A stretch of DNA of 60,981 nucleotides, filler included, from Sphacelaria rigidula (GCA_964200075.2; 10 parts of 10 records of this genome joined end to end with filler, not necessarily neighbours in it); one strand, 5' to 3'. Numbered from the whole stretch's first letter, positions 12,118-24,333 are shown. Notes: generated from the sequence alone by a model not told the origin. A program made the numbers and translations.

Positions 12118-12217
12118 NNNNNNNNNNNNNNNNNNNNNNNNNNNNNNNNNNNNNNNNNNNNTTAATTAATTAANNNNNNNNNNNNNNNNNNNNNNNNNNN
12201 NNNNNNNNNNNNNNNNN
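12118..12217. other. Artificial contig linker
   Basis: N44-TTAATTAATTAA-N44. Confidence 0.98.
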
Positions 12218-12319
12218 AAATATTGGCAAAAATCTCCACGGTAGAGGGTAGAATAACACATGTCCGGGGTAAGTTAGCCCCAAATGTTTGTCAACTTCCC
12301 CCCCCCCCCCCCTCCCCCT

Positions 12320-12446
12320 GACTTTTTTCATGGGGGAGGGGAGGTGTACTCATGATCATGCATGCCATAGTCATAAGAGGTCAATGGTCTCATGACTATG
12401 GCATGCATGATCATGAGTACACCCCCCCTCCCCCTTGAAAAAAGTC
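12320..12446. repeat. Foldback made of two inverted family E 3' ends plus flank
   Basis: GACTTTTTTCA-G-rich-TGTACTCATGATCATGCATGCCATAGTCAT / ATGACTATGGCATGCATGATCATGAGTACA-C-rich-TGAAAAAAGTC. Confidence 0.85.
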
Positions 12447-12999
12447 CTCCGGTCGCCGACGTAGCTCAAACCCCCTGTGACGAAAATTGTTGTTTCAATC
12501 CACAAAACCTTTTTTTCCCGAAAGTTATGACTATAAAACAATGGAAATAAATCATCCTGCACAGACGATACAACATCTGCGACGTGTGCGCACCCAAATA
12601 TGTATTGTGAGACAACGCGTCCACCTTTTTCTACATAAATCATAGATGTTATGTTGTATCGTAATATAGCGTCGAGGGTGTAGGCAGCGCCCCGCTCCCT
12701 ACTTGCGACATGTATCCTGAGTGCGTGTCTAGCAGAAAATAATTTGACCAGCGACGAAGAAAAAACGGCCGAATCCGTTGTGGACCCGGGGATTTTTTCC
12801 ATCGCGGTTTGACAAATGTGGCGGATACTCTTTCTTGCTTCAGGTCGACCGTTTCTTTCTGCGCTTTGCCTGTGTTGAATTTTTATTACTTTCTATATCG
12901 TTCTGTTCGACCCCTCTTTCTTTTCTTTTTTTATTCCTGTTCCTATTGTTTTCTGTTTGTTTGTTTTTTTCTCTTAGAGCGTGTTTGAATTCCGTTTTT

Positions 13000-13094
13000 C
13001 TTGGGTACGTACGTCCATCATGAGACCACGGCTGGATCATGACCCCTGGGGGGTCAGTTCAAGTGCGACAATCAATCAATCAATCAATCAATCA
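13000..13094 (+). mobile_element. (CAAT)n-tailed retroposon 3' end (family G)
   Basis: CTTGGGTACGT...GACCACGGCTGGATC..CCTGGGGGGTCAG....AGTGCGA-(CAAT)n; homologues at 13297, 18822, 25211 and 50401. Confidence 0.75.
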
Positions 13095-13296
13095 GTCACT
13101 ACCGACCAACGACCAATATTACCCTCACCTTGAGGTTCCTTACGCCGTGAACCCCCGTCCTCTTTCTCCCCGCGTTGGTGTAGTGCGACTGCTAGTCAAG
13201 TTACCGTTGGCTCCTATATTTTTTCTGGGCGAACCCCGAGTTGCCCAAACAACAGAACTGACTCGGCTTAAAAATGGTTTTACCGAAGCACAAAAT

Positions 13297-13386
13297 CTTG
13301 GGTACGTCCACCATGTGACCACGACTGGATCCCTGGGGGGTCAGTGAAAGTGCGAGGATCAATCATTCCGAAAAATAAAATAAAAT
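13297..13386 (+). mobile_element. Family G 3' end
   Basis: CTTGGGTACGTCCACCATGTGACCACGACTGGATCCCTGGGGGGTCAG..AAGTGCGA..ATCAATCA. Confidence 0.7.
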
Positions 13387-13842
13387 GAGACCTCATAAAA
13401 TCAACCGGGTCCGGTTTATCAACACCATCAGACCAGCCCTCCCCAACGAATGCAATTGACGGCTTCGTATACATGAAACAACTGATGATAACATGATCTT
13501 CACGTCCACTGTTCGCGTCTACTGCAAAGGTAGAAATGGGGGGGCAGGGCGGATCCGCCAAAATCGTTGACGATTCGCGTCGACGTGGGTGGTCACTCTC
13601 GATTTTACTCTGGAAAGTGCCAAACTTTGACGATACCGCGCAGAATCACGGCACGTTGATTCGCGTCGCACCTTCGCACATGGCATGGCATGGCATGACT
13701 GCAGCATAGTGCGTAAGAATGGCACCTGCAGAGTGTTCGTTCACGTGTTGTACTGCTATGCCCGTGAATGAAGGCCTTACCGACGAACAATCCGTTTCCC
13801 GAAAAAAATAAAATGAACGCGGAGGGATATTGAAGACGTATT

Positions 13843-14439
13843 TAGGCTTTCGCTTTCTATGCGCATTTTTTTCTTTCATGTGTTTCATTTCATTTTTTTA
13901 TGTTCGGAGGTGAAAATTATGCGTCGATTTATGCGTATTTTGGTGAAATATGCGCAACTTATGCGTCTTTTTCGCGTCCTTCTTGAGGCGGTTCCTGGCG
14001 GCACCCCTCCTGAAACGTACCTTTAAGCATGACAAGAAAAAAAAGAAGATGGGGATGAAAAGCACAAGCCTACGTCTGATGTGAAATATGACACGTTTAT
14101 TTTTTCATCAGTTTCACATGAACATAAAATACCTCACATGCAGCACAATAATCGATATCAGATCCGCAACAAAGTTCAAGGAAAGAAACTACGAACACAA
14201 ATACCACCACTCGACGAGCCACGCCACATGGAGCACCCCCGGGCAGTTACTAGCTGCTGGGCATGGGGTGCACAATCCCGTTGGAGTACCATATGCGCCA
14301 AGTAATGCGTAAAACTTCGCTTTTATACCTTTGTTATGCTGAAACCCCCATAAATAAATGTTTGAAAAAAAGGAAAAAGGTGATGCCCCAAACCCCGTTT
14401 TATGCGAAATTATATGCGTGCACAAAAAGCAAAAGCCTC
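13843..14439 (+). mobile_element. hAT-type MITE
   Basis: TIR TAGGCTTTCGCTTT...AAAGCAAAAGCCTC with perfect 8-bp TSD GACGTATT; homologous to 22764-23714. Confidence 0.9.
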
Positions 14440-15134
14440 GACGTATTGAAGACATCGTAGACTGTTCGCACCTGTGCCGAAGATCTGCCGAACATAACAC
14501 CCGCTCCATCCGAAGTTACCTAGGTTTAGTATGCGACAGCTGCAATTTTTTTATCGCACAGTTCTCGAGACAAGAAGCAAACCGGCCTGTGGCGCTTCAA
14601 ACCCCCCCGCACACACACTAGACCTATTCAGTGTGGCGGCGTAGTTGCTCAATTCGCCACAGCGAATCCGAAACGCCACAGAACGTTGGAGGAAACGCGT
14701 TTTCAGTACAGTTCGTGTTTGGTGCAGCGGTTTGCAAAGTGCTGCGGCCTCCGCGGCACGCGTTACGGAAATCGCTGCCACAGTGGATAGTTCTGGTGTG
14801 TGTGAAGCGCATGCATCAAACCGCAGTCCAATCCTCTGCTTCGTTGCCGAGAGAGTTGCAATGAAAGATAAGCACAACAACATACTGCAACGAGGGGCAC
14901 AACAACAATACGAGCAGCAGCTTCTATCCTCCTGTTGTCGTAACCCTGTGTACAGGTGTACAGGAACGTCAGTCACAGGTGTGTTCTAGAATGTACTAAA
15001 GCAATGGTACATTTTGTATGGGCGCCATCGTCATTTCGAGTGACGCGTGTACTTGCGATTGATACTGATTGGCTCATTTGGGTTTCACTTCTTCTGCATT
15101 CAACTGACTGTGGAGTTGGTCGGTCCATTTTCCC

Positions 15135-15480
15135 GGTACGAGCTGGTTCACGCTTGTCACCCCAAAAACACGCATCGGCAAAACCTCACGCCGTTTCAAC
15201 GAGTTAGACCCTAAAATTTCGCACAGGTGTTCTACGGGTCATTACGCAACTTTGGAAGAACGAGGTTTCTTGATTTTTTACTTTTTTTCACCGTTTTTCG
15301 GGGAAACATCGATCCAATCAGACGACCCCCGTAAAACGGTGAAAAAAATCAAAGACCCTTGTTCTTCCAAAGTTGCGTAATCACCCATAGAACAGCTGTG
15401 CAAAATTTCAGGGTTCAACTCCACAAAAGCGTGAGGTTTTTTTTTTTCGCTTGTGTGCGATAAACCCTGGCGTACCGCGG
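15135..15480. repeat. Imperfect foldback, probably part of a non-autonomous DNA transposon; extra arm copy at ~15710-15820
   Basis: AAACCTCACGC..GAGTT..ACCCT.AAATTT.GCACAG.TGTTCTA.GGGT.ATTACGCAACTTTGGAAGAAC is mirrored at 15358-15440. Confidence 0.75.
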
Positions 15481-15949
15481 TGAAACCGCAAACTGCCTGA
15501 TTTTGTACCAAGACGGCGTTTTTGGGCCTTTTTTGACGTGAAAATGAAAATTCAAGCATCAGTTAACCGAGCTTCGCGAAGGAATTGTGTGGAGCCCTTC
15601 CTTGGATCGTGCGGCGACGAATCGTGCGCGAAAAAGTAACAAAAAAAACGTGATGCCGGTTTTCCGGGGTCCCAGAATGGAGACTACTACGAAAAACGAC
15701 TTGGATCCCGGCGGACCCCCGAAGAACGGTGAAAATTTCAAGAAATAGAAAGACCGCGTCCACAGGAAGTTGCGTAATGATACATGGCATATTTGTGCAA
15801 AGTTTCAGGGACTAACTCCTAATAACGGCCTGGATGTTTGCGCGTTTGTGAAGGACGTGGGCTTGATTCGTGCAATGCCTCACTACTTGGGTTTAGTGTG
15901 GTAATGTCTTTATCGGTGAATTTCACGTCAAGGCAAGAAAAGATGTATG

Positions 15950-16490
15950 AGGTTTTCGATTTTCTCCATCAAAATTCGTTTATGTGTTCCTTGGACTATT
16001 CCGGGACGCGTCATTTTTAATTTTTTATTCTGGGGCATTCTGTACCGCCTTTCGGGGGGTCTTCATGCTGGGACCCCCGGAAGCCGGTAGAGAACGGAGA
16101 CACCGTGAAATATTGTCGAGAATACATTTTTTTCATTTTGAGCACGAATACTTACGGAGCTGCCAAGTCTCAGGGCGATCTGAGCTTTTCTACAACAGAT
16201 TTAGGGGACACCGTCACAAGGCTCCCTGGGTCTTTGGTGCGCATCATTGGCGGAAACTAGACGACGCCAACACCCCACATCACCGAAACATCACGGTTTC
16301 GGTTATAATTCGACCCCCGTACTAGCCATTTCGAAATATGTTTTTTTTCGTTAGATTTCCGAGCCAATGACGGTTACTACGATTTGAAGAATGTGGAGGT
16401 AGGATCAAAATTGGGCTTGGAATTCGTAATTTCGGTCTCGGAACAATTTGACGGGCGCTGATTGGTCGATATACTTTTTCGCCCTTAGCG
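15950..16490 (+). repeat. Dispersed repeat shared with 52260-52820
   Basis: Collinear blocks GATCTGAGCTTTT, GACGA.GC.AA.ACC.CAC.TCACC.AA, TAGATTTC.GAGC and GGAATTCGTA.TTT. Confidence 0.6.
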
Positions 16491-16797
16491 CTACCACTAT
16501 GGCCTTATACACAAAGCCGGCTATGTCATGCGCTTCAGCTGCTGTCCATAGCGGTCAGTATGATACCATATATGCAACTATCAAGTAGGTATTGCGAAAG
16601 GCATTTGTTGATGACACAATTTTGGGTGATGAGCGTGAACCAGCCGGTGTATGGTGCCCAAAATCGGGTCCCATTCACGGGCATAACTCCACTGCTGTAA
16701 TGTAATAATGACACACGGAACAAAGCGCATCGAAATATCACATGAACTGATACGGTACTGAAGTCACGATTCCACCCCACCGTATGTCAACAGTGAT

Positions 16798-16878
16798 GTC
16801 GACGTGTCCGAGTGGTTAAGGAGATGGATTAGAAACCCATTGTGATTTCACGCGCAGGTTCGAGTCCTGCCGTCGACG
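16798..16878 (+). tRNA. tRNA-Ser(AGA)
   Basis: Acceptor stem GTCGACG/CGTCGAC plus discriminator G, D-loop AGTGGTTAA, anticodon loop TTAGAAA, long variable arm GTGATTTCAC, T-arm GCAGG-TTCGAGT-CCTGC, downstream T-run. One A:C mismatch in the anticodon stem. Confidence 0.93.
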
Positions 16879-17249
16879 TTTTCATTTTGTTACTTTTGGG
16901 GTCGTTGTGTTTTTCCTGAATTTTTATGGGGAAAAAACACGAGAAACATCGTCATCGTACGTACTACTTTTTGTTTTCGAAACATAACCTTATTTATCTT
17001 GGCAACAGCTTTGGCTGCTTTTCCCAGGTGCCGTAGTAGCCTGTACCGAACTTGTTACACGTGGCGCCATCACTCAATAACTTGAGAACTTGGCACTTTG
17101 AAAGTTGAGTCTGAAAAAGTTCAAAATATAAGATTAGTGCACAAATAAGGGACGCTGGTGAGAACCCCTCCACTCGTTCTTGTATAGTTGCTGTTAGTTG
17201 TCGCACAGGGGAAGTACGCCGCGAGCCTCTTGCAAAATAAACGGTTCTG

Positions 17250-17468
17250 AAATAGGTGTACTGTAGTTCGATCGGTCTTTTACGGATCTTTCGTAGTGTA
17301 CTCGTAGGGGCCTTTTTTTCGTGTGTGTGTGTGTTTTTTTTTCCTCTCACCTTCCTCTCTTGGTTTTGTGGTTTACGAGGATGGATGGTATCCTCCTTGC
17401 GCTTTCGGACCACGGGTTCGAGAGATCGAGCTAATGTGACGAAATTATAACAGTATAGTAATAATAAG
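17250..17468 (+). mobile_element. Family H 3' end
   Basis: Homologous to 11890-12117; ends in a TAA-rich tail. Confidence 0.7.
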
Positions 17469-18164
17469 TGATGGCGCCATGTTTATACCTACACCTATGG
17501 GTCATCACAACACACATTCGCGAACATAAGTCACTGAGCGAAGTTCATAGCGCCCCATCCACCACGATGTATTGTATCTTATGAGAGCTAGGGCACCCAC
17601 CGACTGTTTATTGCAAACAAATATGGCACTAAAAAGCCACACCATGACTGCAAACAGCAGTGCGATGCATGGTTTTTTGCCAAAAGGGGTACACCCTGCA
17701 GATGTATCGTACGTGGGTGTGCATTCGCATTGAGTTTTCAAGTGCACAACCAAAAACGAGTACGATTCTAATGACGATGATGGGGTATATTTAACATCCA
17801 GATTCTGAGCGATTGTACATCGTAGTATGCGTCTATAATAGTGGTGATGCGGTGCATTTGATACTACAGATCATAGGCGAATGTTCTAAATATTCACGAT
17901 TTTAAGTCATGCGGATCCCCCTCCCCCCCCAAAAAAACCCAGAAAAAAACATCGGTTGTGCGACACCAAGAGAAGAAGGGTTGTTGCACGCCGGCGCGCA
18001 GCTTCTTCAGCTGTTTTAGACGTGAATCGGTGGCATTTGAACAACTGTACTGTGCCGTCATGGCGCATCTCGCAGCTGGTTCTGTAGACTGTCGTGCTGC
18101 TTTGGTGGAGATCCGATTGTCGGGGTGGTACTTGAGATGCTGCGGCCATTTTTTGAAGCCAACA

Positions 18165-18225
18165 GAGTCATCCTACGATAGGGGGGGGGGGATTTTGGGC
18201 CATTTGTTGCTCGAAATTTCGAGTC
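18165..18225 (-). mobile_element. MITE family B, cut by contig end
   Basis: GAGTCATCCTACGATAG-G-run-ATTTTGGGCCATTTGTTGCTCGAAATTTCGAGT is the reverse complement of the right end of 27975-28225. Confidence 0.85.
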
Positions 18226-18325
18226 NNNNNNNNNNNNNNNNNNNNNNNNNNNNNNNNNNNNNNNNNNNNTTAATTAATTAANNNNNNNNNNNNNNNNNNN
18301 NNNNNNNNNNNNNNNNNNNNNNNNN
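18226..18325. other. Artificial contig linker
   Basis: N44-TTAATTAATTAA-N44. Confidence 0.98.
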
Positions 18326-18746
18326 TCCTCATGTTAGCCAAGTTACTCTGTAATGTAGCTTGACTTAGCTGCATGTCACGGATGAGCTGCGCCAAGGAAC
18401 TCATCTGACTACATACCTCGCGTAAACCCTCTTGAACACCCTGCTCACCAAAACCTGTAGCAGGTCTATCACCCTCTTGTGCCATTCTGCCTCAACCGGT
18501 TGTAACACGAGTGTATTCCGTGGCCCGTGGCGAAGGATAGATAGTTTGGTCTTTTGTATTATTGGAAAGTGCCTAGGCTGAGTTCACCCTATGACTGGGG
18601 GATCAGATGCTGAGTGAGAGAGTGAGGGCTCATGGCAGCTTGCCATGAGCGGGATACTGTAGTCACACACACTCGACTACCAGTACCCGCACATCCGCAT
18701 AATTATATCCGTACGTGTGCATGTTCATTCAGTGTACCTGTTCACA
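18326..18746 (-). mobile_element. Possible LTR retrotransposon 5' end (LTR ~18501-18746, gag-like start at 18485)
   Basis: Segment bounded by TGTAACA...TGTTCACA, followed after 15 nt by an ORF MAQEGDRP...LREVCSQMSSLAQLIRDMQLSQATLQSNLANMR (coiled-coil-like) that runs off the contig. Confidence 0.4.
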
Positions 18747-18821
18747 TGAACATACCTCTCAAGCTTGAAGGACCCAGGTGGTCCAAACACCTCATCAGCC
18801 GGTCGTTTGTCTCTATCTGAG

Positions 18822-18890
18822 ATTGATTGATTGTCGCTGATGACGATACGCGAGGAACTAAACCATGGTCACAAAATAGACGTACCCCAG
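18822..18890 (-). mobile_element. Diverged family G 3' end
   Basis: GATTGATTGATTGTCGC...GGTCACA..ATAGACGTACCC. Confidence 0.55.
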
Positions 18891-19529
18891 AATGAGCAAA
18901 ATGAGAACGCTCGCTCGAGAAAAGACAGTAAAAAAAATAGTGGTCGATCGCTAGGCGCTGGATGGCCCCACCCTCTGTTGATGTATGTGATCGGTGCACC
19001 ACCACCGGATTGTGAGAGGCGCCGTCAATTCTTCATTTGCGCAGACTACGTGTACGTACTGAGGCCTCAAAGAGTCAAGACACGGCCGTACGCCGTGTCT
19101 TGACGGTCGAAAAAAACGACTTCCATGGTAATCGGTTGCCGCGATACCACTCTGAGTCCCCGCAACAAAAGCGGCAAGGTTTCTTCGCTGGGCCATTTTT
19201 TTGCAGAAATTAGAGCTGAATTGAAAGACGAGGAGCTTCGGGTTATTCCAACAAAATTGGGCTCCTACATGCCGTGTGTGCGTTATGTGTCAAGTCACAA
19301 GTGTTGTGGTGCCTGTTGATATTTTCTGAACTATTTGGAAGTGTTCCGTGCGCGTGTGGGCAAAGCTAGTTTGGAGATCGCACTCTTTGGTTCTTAAGGA
19401 AACCATCACGTACTCGGGACTGGGGTGAAGTGACGGCAAGCCTATTTGCGTAGGTTATTGTTCGGAAAATCTGTATCTGAGAAACCTTACGTCGCAGGTA
19501 GACAACGCAGATTTTTTCCTGTTTCATAT

Positions 19530-19830
19530 CACGTACGAGGCAGATATGATCTTCACTATACTAAAACGTCCCAAACCAGTAAAATAACAACCTGACCCAC
19601 TATTTTTCGTTCACTATCTCGTAGCGAGGTTCGACGCAAAATTTCAAAACACAAGTACCAAACCTAGGCCGGTGAGTGGCCTGGAAAACACTGTTCCGAA
19701 TTTCAAGGCCCCGCCTCACCTCAATTTTTAGAGTTGAACCTTACAATTTTGTACGAAGAATCCAGCTCTAAAAACTGAGATGAGGTGGTGACTGCAAACT
19801 ATAGATCCGCTTCTACGCTGGCCCAGCTCG
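19530..19830 (-). mobile_element. Partial Tc1/mariner-type MITE related to 41057-41905
   Basis: Ends GCTGGCCCAGCTCG-TA; 19560-19705 matches the reverse complement of 41385-41560. Confidence 0.7.
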
Positions 19831-20637
19831 TACGAGTATTAATTGGGTGTTCGGTGTTAGGTTGGGATGGACGGGTGGGGGTGAGCTTTTGGTGACTTTG
19901 AGTTTTTGTGGCCACGAGCAGAACAATATATTGGCATAGGATGTGCACTTTTGACAACGTTTTCGTGAAGTTGAAAGTATAGCGTGGATCGAGAGCGATT
20001 CTTATTATTCGCTCTAACGCTCTAACTCGACCAGCTTTCGTTAGCGGTTTTGTGAGTGTTTTCTTCACCTGTTAGCACTGTCGTGTCCTGACAGCTACGC
20101 GTCTACATCCTATTCAGGGATACCGAAGACTTCAGTGGCAAGCTACTTTAGAAGCGTATCGGGCTCCGTACAAGCTCCGGAGAGACATTTCCGAACTGAA
20201 ACTATGTCATTCATTTGTTGACCGTTTCTCACTCTCACTCGATCGTATCCTAGACTTCATCCACGGCCCATTGATTTGATATGGAAACTGTATGGGGTAT
20301 GTACAGTAGCCCGCTCGCGAGGGCGTCCCACTCGGTCGGGCGGGCTCTTATCGAAGGGAATCATCCCCTGTTGATAAAACAGCCATTGATTGGTCGCTGC
20401 GATACCATCCCCCCCCTCCCGAAAGTAAAACTACCTGAAACCTCGCTTTCGAGGAGGACTTTGTGTATACCCTGAACGGGGACATGCGTGTCCCATTGAC
20501 CAGGGCACGTGAAAAGGCTTGCAACACAACCCAACAGAGGTGAACCTGACAACTTCGTGCCCCACGAACCAAAAACACAGCTCGAGCCGTGCCTGCTAAA
20601 AACTAAAGCACGTTGTTCGTGACCTTGCTCAAATCTG

Positions 20638-21965
20638 CCACGGGAACCGTAGGTGTAAGTTAACCGTACCGAGCGTACCCCCGGTATTTAACGGGGTATC
20701 TCATACCATGGTATGGGTGGGTATCGTGAGTATGAGTTTGGAACATAGCAGATCGAGGCGGTACGGTAGGTATCGAAATATCGAAACACTGCGGTATCAT
20801 AGATATCGTAGGTATGAGTTTTGAAAATACCCGATTGAGCGGGTACGGCAGGTACTGGTATTTCGAAATACCGTGGTATCGCAGGAATCGTAGGCATGTT
20901 GTGTTGAGTGTTGTCGTTTCATCTATTCTGGATGCCGGTCTACACGTTTCGGTATATTATGTGGGCGCACCAGCCGGGGTCAAACAGGAGGAAGGTCAAC
21001 ACAGTAGTGTTTTCTTTTCTGTTTGTTCTAGTTCCCCACCTTCCTTCCGCGGTGCTTGCCTTTTATCTTTTTTATCGCGAGAGGGGCTCGGCACTCCCTT
21101 TCTCTTGTCGACCGTTGAGCCGAATCTTGTGTACCCACGACATAGTCGCTCTCCACTGTTGGGCATGGTGTGAGAAAATATCCCAGATCGCTCTGAGGTT
21201 TGAACCCACGACCCAACCGTCAGAAGGTTTCGAGGTTACCAACTGAGCCACCGGGGCGACCGGCTGAGAGTTGACATTTGAAAACACCCGATTGGACCGG
21301 TATAAGTAGGGTATGAGATGTCGCCAATAATACCAGTACCGGGTACCTCCCGTACTTACCCTCTACACCGACTTTCGAGTTGGGTCCAAGCGAATTTCAA
21401 GCTTTCGATCGAAAAAAGACAGTGACACTCGTGAAACGGTACATGGTCACTCGTGTACCGTATAGACAGTCTGTAGTGTCTGCACTGCTTGCAGGCAGTG
21501 TCTTGAGAGCGTGTGTGCGTGTTTCGTACAGCAGAATTTCAAACAGAAGTGGAAAACGTGCAGTGCAGAGAGCCCAGGACATCAGTTCTCTCTGCTCACG
21601 ATGAGACGTGAACAGGACTTCAACAACGTGCAGCTTTGTACTGCCTGCACTGTCCATGAGGGTGTGCGCAACTCGGTTGCCCACCCCACCACGCAGTCCC
21701 GTCGCTGATTCTACCATGAAAGAAGATGCGCAAGTCTTGGCCAACAAAAAATAAACAAAGCATACCCAACTACAGCAGTGTATCCATCCCTGTGCGCAAT
21801 TCCTACTCGATGCTGCAGGGTTGCGGTGGTAGCTGAGAATGAGTTAGATGGAGTTTTCATGGTTCTATGAACGGGTGCTATCTGGCGTGGTGATCTGGAA
21901 GATAAAGGGTCAAGTGCCACTTCGTGCCTTTCGAACGCATGTCTTCGATCGAAAAAGTTCAGCTT
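20638..21965 (+). mobile_element. Repeat family D (GGTAT-rich subterminal array, DNA-transposon-like), interrupted by a SINE
   Basis: Starts CCACGGGAACCGTAGG as does 34867 with unrelated upstream flanks; collinear with 34867-36003. Confidence 0.75.
20898..21264 (-). mobile_element. tRNA-derived SINE (family S1), apparently full length
   Basis: Minus-strand head GCCGGTCGCCCCGG-TGGCTCAGTTGG (A box)...GGTTCAAACC (B box), no complete cloverleaf, CA-rich tail; 3' ends also at 36466 and 48866. Confidence 0.85.
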
Positions 21966-22005
21966 ATTTTTTATTTCTTCTCCTCGCGCTACTAGTTATA
22001 GATTT

Positions 22006-23840
22006 CAGGGATGTGCACGGATCAAGAATAGAACCGCGGAGCGGATTATTACGGTGCGGGGTGTCAATCCGCACCGTTCCGTGGCATTTGTAGGGGACGG
22101 GTGTCCGCTCCGTAACAATCCGTGATTTTTCCCATTGGCGGATACCTGCTCCGCTCCGCTCCGTACCATATTCGAAAAATCCGCTCCGCACCGTGACATT
22201 GTCGTCGGCGGACATCCGCTCCGCAACAATCCGTGAATTTTCCGATGTACGGATATCCGCTCCGCCATGCTCCATGACAATTCCGAAAAAATCGCTCCGC
22301 TCCGTATAGAATACAGCTGCGCGGTTGGAACTGTGAAACGCGGTTTTCTGCGGTGCGGTTTCATCCACTTCGTAGGTAATCCGTACGTTCTCCGGGGCAT
22401 CACTTGCGGATCAAACCGCTGAAAAGCCAAGGATTTCACGGGCAAATTTGTTTAGAATGCCGGATAACTTAGGCTTCGAAGTATAGAAACGAAGTGTAAA
22501 AATATCGTTCTGGATAAGCAATTCGCCGATACGGTTCTGAAAGCCTGCACCCCGTACGTATCCGTGCGTTCTCCGAAGCATATCTCAGATCAGACCGCTG
22601 AAAAGCCACTAAATTTCACGGAGAAAATTGTCTTGAGTGCCGGATAACTTAAAATTCGAAGTACAGAAAGTATCGTTTTATATAAAAATTTGGCCGATAC
22701 GGTTCTGAAACTGTGCTCGGTACTTCATCCGTGCGTTCTCCGTAGCATCACTTAGATCAAACCTAGGCTTTTGCTTCTTATGCGCGTTTTTTCAAAAAAA
22801 AATCATGTTCAAAAGTGAACATTATGCGCCGATTTATGCGTATTTTGGTGAAGTATGCGCGACTTATGCGCTTTTTTCGCGTCATTCTTCAGTTGGTTCC
22901 TGGCGGGTTCTTGGCGGCACCGCCCATGGAACGTACCTTCCAGCAAGAAAACAAGACTGCACGTTGAACATTTTGACTTATCACGATTGCTTGGAAGGAA
23001 CGCTCGCTCGTTTGTTTCTCCGTTCATTGGTTTTGAAGGCCATAATGGAAATAATAATAATAAATATGAAAATTAAGAGAAAAAATCATTCAAAAAGTTC
23101 TGCGCTTTTTCTCTCGTCCTCTGCTCCCCCGCGGTCTCCTTCGCGTCGCGCTGTTGAGGCGCCGGAGTCCGCACCTCGGTCACCTCGACCTCTTTCTGCT
23201 CTGCCAGAGTAGTGTAGTGCTGAGTAGTGTAGTGCTCACTGCTGTACTGTCCGTGCACTGTACTGTGGTCTGTGCGCTGTACACTGTCAGTTGTGGATTG
23301 GATTGTTTGGCGGGTGACGTCGTGGCGGGAGCCGCTGTTTGATGTGAAAAATGACGCATTTATTTTTTCATCAGTTTCACATGAACATAGAGTAGCTCAC
23401 ATACAGAACCAAAGCCGGTATCAGACCCGCAACAAAGTTGAAAAAATAAAGAAATAACGAACACAAACGCCACGACTCCACGAACCACGCCACATGGAGC
23501 ACCCGTGGGCAGGTGCTAGCTGCTGAACATGAGGTGCATAATCCCGTTGGAGTACCATATGCGCCAAGTTATATGCGTAAAACTTAGCTTTTATGCCTTT
23601 GTTATGCTGGAATCTCCAAAAACAAACAGTATGTTGAAAAAAACAACGCATATGCTTGTGCGCAACCCCCCGTTTGATGCGAGGTTATATGCGCGCATGA
23701 GAAGCAGAAGCCTAGTCAAACCGCCGAAAAGCCACGAGATCCCACGGACAAAATTGTTCCGAATGCCGGGTAAGTTGGTGGAGTATCGAAGATCTTTTTC
23801 TGGATAAGCACTTCGCTGATACCGTTTTGAAATTCTGCTG
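22006..23840 (+). mobile_element. hAT/Ac-like element left end with CCGCTCCG subterminal repeats and ~180-bp tandem units
   Basis: Begins CAGGGATG (Ac-type terminus); units ATCCGT.CGTTCTCCG..GCAT at 22380, 22560 and 22727, the third split by another hAT MITE. Right TIR not found. Confidence 0.6.
22764..23714 (+). mobile_element. hAT-type MITE, longer copy
   Basis: TAGGCTTTTGCTTCT...AGAAGCAGAAGCCTA; 8-bp TSD ATCAAACC/GTCAAACC. Confidence 0.88.
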
Positions 23841-24174
23841 TGAACATGCAAACCGCGCTTTGCACGAGACACACACGCGCGCGCACGCCTCAAGCTGGAA
23901 AGCGTAATTCGAGCTTGGCGGCGGTGCGCGGACCTCGGATGGTTGATACTATGGATTCCAATGTCAAACGAAGTGTCGAGCTGTCTCCAATTTCAGAGGC
24001 CGTGTAATATCCGATATTCTCAAGAGACTTTTTACTTTTTTCTCCAGGGATTCGACCTTACATGTGCGGTATTTATTCCGCCATCCCCCCTGTCCACAGC
24101 TAGAAGTCCCAGCAAGACAACCCCTTTCGTACTTTTTGGTATTTATCCGCGGATGTCCAAACAATTGTTGCGGA

Positions 24175-24333
24175 TAAAGCATATCAAGTCCTTGGAACTG
24201 GAAGGGAAGAAGCAGAGCGACTCAACCTACGTCCGGAGCGCGACTGGCGAGCTGTTGCGGGACAAGCAAGCTATCCTGCAACGATGGAAGGAATGGTTTG
24301 ACACACTGCTGAACGCAACCTCACCTACAATCG
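24175..24333 (+). mobile_element. RTE-clade LINE ORF fragment (region between endonuclease and RT), 5'-truncated
   Basis: KHIKSLELEGKK..STYVRSATGELLRDKQAILQRWKEWFDTLLN matches the RTE motif G.LL.D...IL.RW.E.F..LLN. Confidence 0.8.

Noticed and set aside
21190..21264. Possible tRNA gene on the minus strand
   Set aside because: A and B boxes present but no acceptor stem, and it continues into a repeated body with a tail, so it is a SINE.
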